Sequence record: MH791398.1
Length of the DNA: 64,000 bases
Direction: 5' to 3' (one strand)
The notes under the pieces are model-generated. The model saw nothing but the letters and a program-made list of their open reading frames with translations, ran no database searches and was not told the origin of the DNA. Below are positions 55,933 through 64,000 of this stretch, piece after piece (position 1 is the stretch's first letter; each line of letters starts with the position of its first letter). A program made the translations under genes and the position numbers.

Positions 55933-55987
55933 TTGCAAACATGTATTGGTTATGAGACTATAACCACATCAAGGGGGTTCGCCCCCT
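55933..55987 (+). promoter_or_regulatory. early promoter with -10 in a hairpin loop plus a leader hairpin
   Basis: TTGCAA-17-GACTAT; TGGTTAT/ATAACCA stem; AGGGGG-TTCG-CCCCCT. Confidence 0.7.
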
Positions 55988-56011
55988 CTTTCATAACATA
56001 AGGAATAGAAA

Positions 56012-56122
56012 ATGAATCCAGTAGCTAAACATAATTTCAATCGTCCTTCTGTTATGAAGGATAAGAAAGAGAATTCCAAGAAAATTCGTGGTAAAAAGCA
56101 TAAGAAATCAGAAGGTTGGTGA
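56012..56122 (+). CDS. small basic protein, T4 arn.1-like (not in ORF track)
   Basis: MNPVAKHNFNRPSVMKDKK...KHK resembles the remembered T4 MNNLVAKHDFNKASVHKDKK; syntenic with asiA. Confidence 0.65.
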   Translation: MNPVAKHNFNRPSVMKDKKENSKKIRGKKHKKSEGW

Positions 56123-56124
56123 TT

Positions 56125-56364
56125 ATGATTGATATGACATTATTTGGTGGTGGGGTAGTGTCTGGTCTTACAAAAGATGGAAAACCTACCCATATCAACC
56201 TTAAAGACCATTCAATGGAAACGGTCAAACTGTCTATCCAAAAAGATGCGTTTGGGTATGAAGTAAGTATTATTATTTTTCCATGTGGTAGTACTGCAAG
56301 ATTTATTGGTGATGTTCGAAATCGAACTGATGTGATCCTAAGAGACAAAGATTATAAAATATGA
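56125..56364 (+). CDS. hypothetical protein
   Basis: ORF track (ATG 56125). Confidence 0.65.
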   Translation: MIDMTLFGGGVVSGLTKDGKPTHINLKDHSMETVKLSIQKDAFGYEVSIIIFPCGSTARFIGDVRNRTDVILRDKDYKI

Positions 56365-56633
56365 AAATTACAAAAGTTGAATTGATGAAAGATATTGTAG
56401 CTACCGCATCTATCTTGGCAAAATATGGCTGTGATGACATTCTAGATACTCAATCTGGGTTTGTAGATTTTCTAAATGAACTAGGGTTTACTACCGTGCG
56501 AGGTAAACCATTAACGATTTTTAATTTCAGAGTTATGGTTAGTAGTCTAACCCCATATCAGAAAAAAGAGATTATAAAAGAATTTGATGCTGGTAGAATT
56601 GATCATTTGATTAACTGTATGGTTGACGAATAA
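56361..56633 (+). CDS. asiA: anti-sigma70 factor AsiA
   Basis: DIVATASILAKY..DDI.....FVDFLNELG...FR..VSSLT...KK.II.EF matches T4 AsiA; 90 aa. Confidence 0.9.
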   Translation: MKITKVELMKDIVATASILAKYGCDDILDTQSGFVDFLNELGFTTVRGKPLTIFNFRVMVSSLTPYQKKEIIKEFDAGRIDHLINCMVDE

Positions 56634-56666
56634 AAAAGGGATCCTGTGAGGATCCCTTTTGTTTTA
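56632..56666. terminator. bidirectional terminator
   Basis: AAAAAAGGGATCC-TGTGA-GGATCCCTTTTGTTTT. Confidence 0.85.
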
Positions 56667-56719
56667 TTTAAACTGATAATATATATCATCAGTTGCTCAT
56701 TTATATTTAGGGTACTAAA

Positions 56720-57091
56720 ATGTATACACCACCTTTTAAGAGTTTTAACATTCCTGTTATAATTGATAATTTGGTTCTCGACCTCCCAGTAAACGAACAC
56801 AAATATGACAAATTTGCTGTAACTGTAAACAATGATGGTCTGGTTGAACTTTGGCCCGAATCTTGCGTTTGTGTTGGTATTGTTTACAGTAAACAGTGTG
56901 GTTTCTATGTATGTGATGATTACAAAGGGTTTTGTTACGACAGTGAGATCCCAGTGGGTCGCATTGACCATGAAGACCCCAGTTCACTGGGATATCTAAA
57001 TTGCATTTGGTTGTTTGAACGTCCAGATGATGGGGTAATAAATTTTATTTCTAAAAACATATTGACACCAGCCGACGAAAGTGTAGAATAA
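56720..57091 (+). CDS. hypothetical protein
   Basis: ORF track. Confidence 0.7.
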   Translation: MYTPPFKSFNIPVIIDNLVLDLPVNEHKYDKFAVTVNNDGLVELWPESCVCVGIVYSKQCGFYVCDDYKGFCYDSEIPVGRIDHEDPSSLGYLNCIWLFERPDDGVINFISKNILTPADESVE

Positions 57092-57118
57092 GGGTTGTAA
57101 CGTTGATGGAGAGAAGAT

Positions 57119-57457
57119 ATGACAACTATTCACTGCAAACCAGATTATGTTGAGTTCTATCATGGTTCCTGTACTCTTGGTTTGAAAGGTAATATGTTGC
57201 TTCCTCCTGAGATGACTGATACAATTTCAGAGAAAGGTCGTAAGAAAAACTTAGACCGTGTGTTCTTCACTAAAGACCGTGGACTGGCAAAAGTATATGC
57301 ACGACGGGCGGCTCGGTCGATTGGTGGAGAACCAACTTTGTTTCGTGTTGTGGCCCCGGTTGACACTGTATTTATGAGTGAAACCCCCGGTGCTACCGTT
57401 TATCATGCCGCTTGGGCTTTTGTTGAACAAATCCCGTTCGGTAAACTGAGTGACTAA
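57119..57457 (+). CDS. Arr (rifampin ADP-ribosyltransferase)-like ART domain protein
   Basis: FYHGS, LLPP, VFFT and LAKVYA..A...GG..TLFRV motifs. Confidence 0.6.
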   Translation: MTTIHCKPDYVEFYHGSCTLGLKGNMLLPPEMTDTISEKGRKKNLDRVFFTKDRGLAKVYARRAARSIGGEPTLFRVVAPVDTVFMSETPGATVYHAAWAFVEQIPFGKLSD

Positions 57458-57469
57458 GAGGAAATTATT

Positions 57470-59608
57470 ATGAAATTTGGACTTGATGAAGCTAACCTTG
57501 TTGTGAATCACCTGTTGCTTGACCAATCAGATGAAATTTTGGAAAAGATCCGAGAAACTCGAAAGGGTGATATCAAGGATGAACCTTTCAAACTGACTGT
57601 CTTGATCAACGGCATCGAGATCGAACATGTCGAATCTTACGAAAACTTCATGAAATACCAGTATGAAGTTATGGAAAATAGGGTTAAAAAACAATACAAC
57701 GTAGAAGCATTTGATCAACGGGTGCGAGAAGCGGCAGAACAACTTATCAAATCCAAGTTTGGTGATTTGATGAACAAAATGTATGATTTCGAAAATTCAG
57801 TTGATTTTTGCAACGACGTAATTCAAAAAGAATGGGGTATGTAATAAAGTATTTGACATAACCAACCACACTCTGGTATTCTCTATCTCGTAAACAACAA
57901 CGAGGAAATGACTATGAAAGAAGGTAGCAACGTACAGATCAATAGCAATGTGATGAATGACGAAAGTCAACGTCATTTGTTTGGTGTGGTTGGTGTGGTT
58001 TCATACTACAATCCAGAGGTTTGGGTTGAGGTTACTTGGCCCAATGGTACTATCAGTGCATATGAAGAGAATGAACTGATCTGTCTCGACAAAGAAGAGA
58101 AGAAACCACTTCCGGAAGTAGTACAACCGGAATCTGGATATGATGTTTCTTTTGTTGAAAAAGTAATCGAGAAAATCAATGATTATCATCGGGACTACCT
58201 TGAGCGTCATCCCCACGATTGGGACTGTTGTGGATTTTCCTCTGTGTATGTTGAGTTTGGAAGAAAGAAAAAAGTAAAAGACCTTGTTTTGGGTCTTGGG
58301 TTTGAAATTGCGTATAAATCGGGTAAAGAATCTTTCTTGGAACCAAAATTTAGAATTCCGTATTGTGGTCATCAGTCTTTGACTTACAAAGAGGAAATCA
58401 TGCAGATCATTTGTGACGAAATTAATAGTGTGGTTGGTGAAAAAGTTGCATATCGCAGCTCTTACATGGACTAATAAAAGGAAAAAGAATGAAAGCATTT
58501 GTTTATAAATTCAAAACTCCAAAAGACCGGAAAGAGTTTATCGGTCTAGCCAAAATTAATGATTGGATTGTTTCTAATTATCTGGTTGATTATCGTCTGA
58601 CAGTTAACCAAGATAGCTTGAACAGACTTAACAGCGATGGTTATATTAGCCGTTTTATTGTTAATGGTGTATTGAAGGTGGACGAATTCAACACTATTGA
58701 GAGTGACGAATTTTATAAATATTTCGTACTTGATAAAGAGATTGAAATTGAAGATCTTCCGAAGCCTCGTCAGATTAGTGATGAGGAACTAATGGGTGGG
58801 GTCTGTAATGAGATTATTCTCAATAAAACACCAGTCGTTTCTAAGTTCGAGGGGAACAAACCCACATTTTCTGGGGATGTAACTAAACCTTTGAAGAAAA
58901 ACGACGAAGGTCTTAACATAACAGGTAACCTAAAAATTGGTAATTGTCAGTTGACACCACTCGATCAAGCAATTTTCAATCTAGTTAACACACAAGGTAA
59001 ACTTTCTCAAGATATGGAAATCAAAATTTCCATTAAAAATGGTAAGGTGACATTCAGTGTATCCAAATGATCAATACCCACGTATGAACTTTGATACCAT
59101 TTACCGTTTTCGGTCTGTAGAAGCGGCTCAAGAATATCGTACCAGTTGCGAACGTAATTTTTATAATTATGAAATTCTCAAGAATGGGTTCATTGTATTT
59201 CATATCGACGATGATGAAAATGTAATCGCGGTTTGTGATATTGAAGATAAGGAAAAGAAAAATCCAATCTATATCAATGATGGAACCGTTTTTATTAACC
59301 AAAAAGAGAGTTTTCTTTTTATTCCGTGTCGGTGTTAAAATATGACAGTTAAAGAATTGAAGGATAAAGCCCGGTCTTTCGGGCTTGCTGCTGAAATTAT
59401 TTTGAACAATGCAAAATATCGCGGGTTCAACGATTGGATGTATGATTTCGTAACCCTTGATGAATCTCGTGGAATTACAGAAACAAACGTAGTTAAATTT
59501 TATTTTGTTAGCGGCGTCCATACCATTTCCCATCCAGTCAATATGGTTGTGTTGGGTCATTCACCAGAAAAAGTTATTGGTGAATTTCATAAGGATATTA
59601 TTGAATGA
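57470..59608 (+). CDS. hypothetical proteins (57470, 57908, 58489, 59057, 59342)
   Basis: ORF track; 58489 and 59057 start with Y(K/R)F(K/R)-type Frd.2-like motifs. Confidence 0.65.
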
Positions 59609-60099
59609 AAATTCGTTATGTTAAAGGCGATATGATCGCCATGATGAAAGACCCAGAAGTTTTGAAGATCCCAACCCTGTTCGTTCATGGGTGTAATTGT
59701 CATACTGCAATGGGTTCCGGTATTGCTGCTGGTATTGCCATGAACTTCCCAGATGCGCCTATTGTAGACGCACATTTCCAACGGCTGTTTAAGACAAACG
59801 GTCAAGTGGATATTGGAATGTTGGGTCAATATAGCTGGACTCCCTTAGATTATGACTCTCGATTGATTAACCTATACACACAATATTTCCCCGGTCGAGA
59901 TCTTCGTTTGGATGCATTAGAGAATGGTTTCGTCCACTTAGCGGAAGATTTTGGATATGAAGGGTATCGACTTATATTCCCAAAGATTGGGGCTGGTGTT
60001 GCCGGTGGAGATTGGGATGTTATCTCACAAGTAATTGAAAATTGTTTTGACGAAGACGATTTCGAAGAATTGATTTGTGTCGAATGGGATAAAAAGTAA
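59605..60099 (+). CDS. macrodomain protein (Appr-1''-p processing / ADP-ribose hydrolase, T4 Tk.4-like)
   Basis: YVKGDM, HGCNCHTAMGSGIAAGIA, INLYTQY, FPKIGAGVAGGDW. Confidence 0.9.
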   Translation: MKIRYVKGDMIAMMKDPEVLKIPTLFVHGCNCHTAMGSGIAAGIAMNFPDAPIVDAHFQRLFKTNGQVDIGMLGQYSWTPLDYDSRLINLYTQYFPGRDLRLDALENGFVHLAEDFGYEGYRLIFPKIGAGVAGGDWDVISQVIENCFDEDDFEELICVEWDKK

Positions 60100-60111
60100 T
60101 CATTATCCCCC

Positions 60112-60146
60112 AAAGGCTCTAACCTAAATAAGGTTGGAGCCTTTTT
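60112..60146 (+). terminator. terminator hairpin whose loop carries the late promoter CTAAATA
   Basis: AAAGGCTCTAACCT-AAATA-AGGTTGGAGCCTTT followed by TT. Confidence 0.75.
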
Positions 60147-60163
60147 ATTTGGAGATATTAATA

Positions 60164-60541
60164 ATGGTAAGATACAAGGCAATTATATTTGGGATTCTTC
60201 TTATTTTGGTTGGTGGGTCTACTTGGTATATGTTCAACAAGATCGAATCACAGGCAATAACAATCGGAGAGATGACCCAACAACTAGAAACAATGACATC
60301 CAAATTATCCGCCATGGAATTGAGTATAAGCGATTTCAAACAACAGTCCAGTGAGTATAGTCAGACGGAAGAGAAATCGAATAGAGAGCTTTCTAAGCGC
60401 ATTGGTACGCTGGAATCTAATGCTAGTCGCGGTAAGGATGCAATAGACAAGAAACCTAAGCTAGTAGAGAAGATAATCCAGAATGATTATGAAGAGTTTG
60501 GAAGCAGAATGGATTGCCTTACTCTGGGGGAATGTAAATGA
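60164..60541 (+). CDS. i-spanin (Rz/PseT.3-like)
   Basis: N-terminal TM then long coiled coil; ATG 60164 after GGAG; overlaps the o-spanin start. Confidence 0.8.
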   Translation: MVRYKAIIFGILLILVGGSTWYMFNKIESQAITIGEMTQQLETMTSKLSAMELSISDFKQQSSEYSQTEEKSNRELSKRIGTLESNASRGKDAIDKKPKLVEKIIQNDYEEFGSRMDCLTLGECK

Positions 60542-60837
60542 AAAAAATTCTAATTATGATGTGTATAGTGGTTCTTGCTGCATGTTCAACACCACCGAGA
60601 CCAGACCCGGTATTAGTGTTTCATCCAAATAGACCAATCCCTGTAAAAACTTATATTCCTAAATGGACTGTTATTAAGGAAGGTGAAACAACTTATGTCG
60701 GGATGACATATGAGGACAGTTTAAGGTATAGGGCTTGGCTTGAAAAAATAGGTGTTTATATAGATTCACAAAATAGAATGTTATGTTCTTATAGAAAGGA
60801 TCTGAAAGAACCACAATGTCAAAAAGTCCCCAAATAA
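60538..60837 (+). CDS. o-spanin lipoprotein (Rz1/PseT.2-like)
   Basis: Lipobox LAAC, Pro-rich segment, MTYEDSL and C-terminal Cys pair. Confidence 0.8.
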   Translation: MKKILIMMCIVVLAACSTPPRPDPVLVFHPNRPIPVKTYIPKWTVIKEGETTYVGMTYEDSLRYRAWLEKIGVYIDSQNRMLCSYRKDLKEPQCQKVPK

Positions 60838-60860
60838 GGGACTTTTTTGTTACCTAAATA
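60821..60860 (+). promoter_or_regulatory. terminator plus late promoter CCTAAATA
   Basis: AAAAAGTCCC-CAAATAA-GGGACTTTTTT then CCTAAATA (60853-60860). Confidence 0.7.
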
Positions 60861-60898
60861 AAAGAGTAGAAACAATTTCAAAATAGAGGAATTTAAAA

Positions 60899-63800
60899 AT
60901 GGCAGACCTTAAGAGTTCGTCTACCGCTGGGGGTGGATTAGTTTGGACACAGACTAACCTACCATTTTCCCCGCAAGACGTTAAGCTGTTTTATAATGGT
61001 AATGAGGTTATTGATAGTGTTAGTAATCAATCTATTGGTGGGGATAAAACCTTTACCGGAACATTGACATATAAAACTCCTGTCAATTCTAATGAAGTTG
61101 CCATTAAAGGTTATGTTGATAACCTAGATAGTACATCGGTGAAATCTGTAACCGGGACTCTCCCAATCGTCGTTACTACTGGTGTAAGTCCGCGAGTTTC
61201 AATTAATAACGCAACGCAATCCGCCCATGGGGCAATGAGTAAAGAAGACAAAACAAAACTTGACGGTTTGCCTGTTCGAGCTGTTAATAGAGATGGTGAT
61301 ACCATGACTGGAAACCTAATGGTTAATGGTCAGGTTGAAGCAAATAGAATCAAGTCCAACGGTCAAGTTGAAGTTTATGATTCTGCTACCAATACATATG
61401 CACAACGTCTAGTTGCATCTGGTTCCTTACTTTATTTCCAAGGTGGTAAAGTAGATAGAGACGTTACGGATCAACGAATTGCTTTTAGTGGTTGGTATGG
61501 TACACCACTAACTCAAGTAAGATTTAATATGGCTGCCGGGGTTAATCCTCAAGTGTCTTATGGAAATACAAACTATGATATTTTCCATAAAGGTAATTTG
61601 CCTAGTGCGGAAGAAGTAAAGGCAATGGCGGTATATGATCGTCCACCAGAAGATGATTGCGATAAAGCAATTATGCCCGGTAACTATGGTGTTTTCGCCA
61701 ACACAAAAAATACTCCCGTTGCTGGTGGTATAGGACCTAGTGGTTCAACCCTCCTTGTTACTCGTTGGGGTAATGGGGCAAACGCACAAATATTCTTTTC
61801 TTATACTGAAAACCGTGTATGGGTGCGCAGACAATATATCGGTGTTTGGCAGCCATGGGCTGAAATGTATACCTCTCTGAACAAACAGCCGGTGGGTGGT
61901 ATGGGTCTTGGTGTTGGTGATAGCCCCAACGCGATCACAGTAACCGGTGGTGTTCGTGACTTCAACCTAATTAAGACCAACGGTGTTTTTACAGTTGATG
62001 GTAACTGGGCTAATGGAACTGACAATACCGCAACTGCAACTACTCATACGGGTATTGTTGAGGTTAAACAACGATCTTTCGATAACTTGACTGTTCAGAA
62101 ATTCAGTAACTGGGTAACAGTCGGTGGATTTGTAGAACCAAGAGAGTTTACAAGGGTATGGATTAATGCAGTTGAAGGTTGGCAACCATGGTTACCGACT
62201 GGTGTGTGGGAACAGGTAAACACATACAGAACTGGTATTCTAAGACACAATAACTCTACTAATGACGACTCTGTTTATCCTTACGTATCTTATACCAAGG
62301 AAAAATATCGTGATGGTGTTGCTGCTGGTATTCCATACACAATAGGTGAGGTTAGTTTTAGAGTTGGTGCTACAAACCGATATGATCCCCATAGTGGCGA
62401 TCAGTTGTCTAGAATTATAGGTCAAGCAACAAACACAACCACAACCGGTGAATATGAAGGTACTTTGTTCTTAGCTTCTAGATATCGCAAAGGGTCTGAT
62501 GGTTCGACTGCTGACACTAGTACACTAAGAATAAGTAGAGATGTTGGTGCTGAATTTACCCATGCAGGTAAGAAAGTACAGATCGAAACCGGTAATGTGA
62601 ATGCAGAGAAATTTATTGTAACCACAACTGGTTATGCACTTCAATATTCCGGTAATGCAAACCAAGGAATCTATTTAGATAATAGAACAATTATTGGTGG
62701 TGGTTCATCTGGTGTTGTGATTCGTCCAAATGGTTCGGGAACTGTAACTGGGGAAACTGTCTTTAATGCAACCGGTACTATATCAAATAACCAAGTTCCG
62801 ACGTTGGCAATGCATTTAACAAACAAGGCATATGTTGATGGTGTTGCTCTTGGTGGTTTTAGTTCTATTATCACACTGAGAGATACAGATAACCTCAACG
62901 ATATTAAAACCGCTGGTATATATAGCCAAGTTGCTAACGCTAAAGCATTAACTAGTTTGAACTATCCAGTTGAGAAAGCTGGTAACCTTATTGTTACTAC
63001 TTCCGCTGGCGTTATTCAAAAATATTGGGTATATAACTCGTCCGAAGTTTGGTCTAGAGCACAATATTCAAGTGGTGCGTGGAAGCCTTGGTATCGTGAC
63101 TATAACGAAGAGTTTAAACCTACTTCCGCTGATGTTGGGGCGTTATCTTTAACTGGTGGTACTGTAACTGGGGATGTTAGATTTAACTCTGGCAACACCA
63201 CTAGATTGACTCTTGGTAGTGGTTCTGATTATTACGTCGAACGCTCACCATCTGGATTGACATTAGCTTCTGGAACTGTCAATCCGAAGGTTAAAGTTAA
63301 TAACACAGATTATGACATATATCATACCGGCAATAAACCATCAGCCGCCGACGTTGGTACATTAACAACTGCACAGATAAACACAGAGCTTAACAAAAAG
63401 CTTAATCTGTCTGGTGGTATCATGACTGGTGCAATTCGTTGGGATGCAACAGATGAATATATCAACGCCGCGAGCAACAATATATATCTGGCTGCTAAGA
63501 CTGGTACTGTATATCTTGAAAGCAAAAATAACCCAATGGTGAGGATTGGAAGTAACGATTACACCATATATCACACTGGTAATAAACCTTCTGCTGGTGA
63601 TTTTAATGCATACACAAAAACTGAAACAGATAATTTACTTAATACTAAATTAAATCTGTCTGGTGGCACTCTAACTGGAGCGGTAACTACTGCAACCATA
63701 AAGAATGCTGTTATGATTAATAATGGTGCATCGATTAGTTTTCAAGATGGTTCTAATGCTAGATTTCATATATTAGCAGAAGGAAACACATTTAAACTAA

Positions 63801-64000
63801 AACATGGTAACTCAGGCGAAAACCAGATAATACAAGTTAGCCCAACAGTAACAGAACTTCAAAATCAGTTAAGTGCAAGAACTGCAATGTTTGTAAGTGG
63901 TGCAGATGGTACTAGGGTATTTGGGCTTGGAGCACAAGAATCTTCTGGTATAAACCCATACATATATGTAAGAAGATCTGGAGACACTGCAAACATACGT
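60899..64000 (+). CDS. 36: long tail fibre subunit, gp36-like N-terminus; partial at the 3' end (not in ORF track)
   Basis: MADLKSSSTAGGGLVWTQTNLP matches T4 gp36 MADLKVGSTTGGSVIWHQGNFP; GDTMTGNL, YHTGNKPSAADVG and LSGGIMTG fibre repeats; frame at the window end is consistent with the start (internal codons only spot-checked). Confidence 0.8.
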   Translation, partial: MADLKSSSTAGGGLVWTQTNLPFSPQDVKLFYNGNEVIDSVSNQSIGGDKTFTGTLTYKTPVNSNEVAIKGYVDNLDSTSVKSVTGTLPIVVTTGVSPRVSINNATQSAHGAMSKEDKTKLDGLPVRAVNRDGDTMTGNLMVNGQVEANRIKSNGQVEVYDSATNTYAQRLVASGSLLYFQGGKVDRDVTDQRIAFSGWYGTPLTQVRFNMAAGVNPQVSYGNTNYDIFHKGNLPSAEEVKAMAVYDRPPEDDCDKAIMPGNYGVFANTKNTPVAGGIGPSGSTLLVTRWGNGANAQIFFSYTENRVWVRRQYIGVWQPWAEMYTSLNKQPVGGMGLGVGDSPNAITVTGGVRDFNLIKTNGVFTVDGNWANGTDNTATATTHTGIVEVKQRSFDNLTVQKFSNWVTVGGFVEPREFTRVWINAVEGWQPWLPTGVWEQVNTYRTGILRHNNSTNDDSVYPYVSYTKEKYRDGVAAGIPYTIGEVSFRVGATNRYDPHSGDQLSRIIGQATNTTTTGEYEGTLFLASRYRKGSDGSTADTSTLRISRDVGAEFTHAGKKVQIETGNVNAEKFIVTTTGYALQYSGNANQGIYLDNRTIIGGGSSGVVIRPNGSGTVTGETVFNATGTISNNQVPTLAMHLTNKAYVDGVALGGFSSIITLRDTDNLNDIKTAGIYSQVANAKALTSLNYPVEKAGNLIVTTSAGVIQKYWVYNSSEVWSRAQYSSGAWKPWYRDYNEEFKPTSADVGALSLTGGTVTGDVRFNSGNTTRLTLGSGSDYYVERSPSGLTLASGTVNPKVKVNNTDYDIYHTGNKPSAADVGTLTTAQINTELNKKLNLSGGIMTGAIRWDATDEYINAASNNIYLAAKTGTVYLESKNNPMVRIGSNDYTIYHTGNKPSAGDFNAYTKTETDNLLNTKLNLSGGTLTGAVTTATIKNAVMINNGASISFQDGSNARFHILAEGNTFKLKHGNSGENQIIQVSPTVTELQNQLSARTAMFVSGADGTRVFGLGAQESSGINPYIYVRRSGDTANIR

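Noticed and set aside
1-64000. tRNA, rRNA or CRISPR array
   Set aside because: No cloverleaf with T-loop GTTCRA plus acceptor stem and no repeat-spacer array seen by eye; tRNAscan-SE/minced were not run

Overview
This window is part of a large T4-like (Straboviridae/Tevenvirinae-type) lytic phage genome; no host DNA, tRNA, rRNA or CRISPR array was seen. Essentially every real gene is on the + strand. About 1-53 kb is a hyperplastic early region of roughly 150 small, mostly uncharacterised ORFs, broken up by more than 30 sigma70-like promoter/stem-loop cassettes. It contains two DNA adenine methyltransferases (one circularly permuted), a CYTH protein, a MazG-like protein, a VIP2/Mod-like ADP-ribosyltransferase, a GNAT protein, a YqeY protein, a Zn-repeat GIY-YIG-like homing endonuclease, a PolB-palm-like mini-protein, three paralogous CxGCY lipoproteins, an expanded MK(I/V)RFK paralog family and a small late-promoter cluster of probable internal head proteins. 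The right end carries T4 core genes: ndd, gene 52 (topoisomerase II), an arn.1-like gene and asiA (no motA between 52 and asiA). These are followed by an Arr-like ART, a macrodomain protein, an i/o-spanin pair and a long gp36-like tail fibre gene that runs off the window edge. The non-coding highlights are (i) a two-copy composite element at 8.9-9.1 kb and 52.5-52.7 kb, made of an inverted repeat with an exact 33-nt spacer, an identical 34-bp AT block and GNA-triloop mini-hairpins, and (ii) an AT-rich 10-bp-phased repeat region at 31.5-31.7 kb where local G/C skew appears to flip. Both are candidate replication origins. AsiA without an adjacent MotA plus a long gp36 suggests an Aeh1/65/KVP40-like phage, but this is inference only. 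All family assignments come from motif recognition by eye, not database searches.
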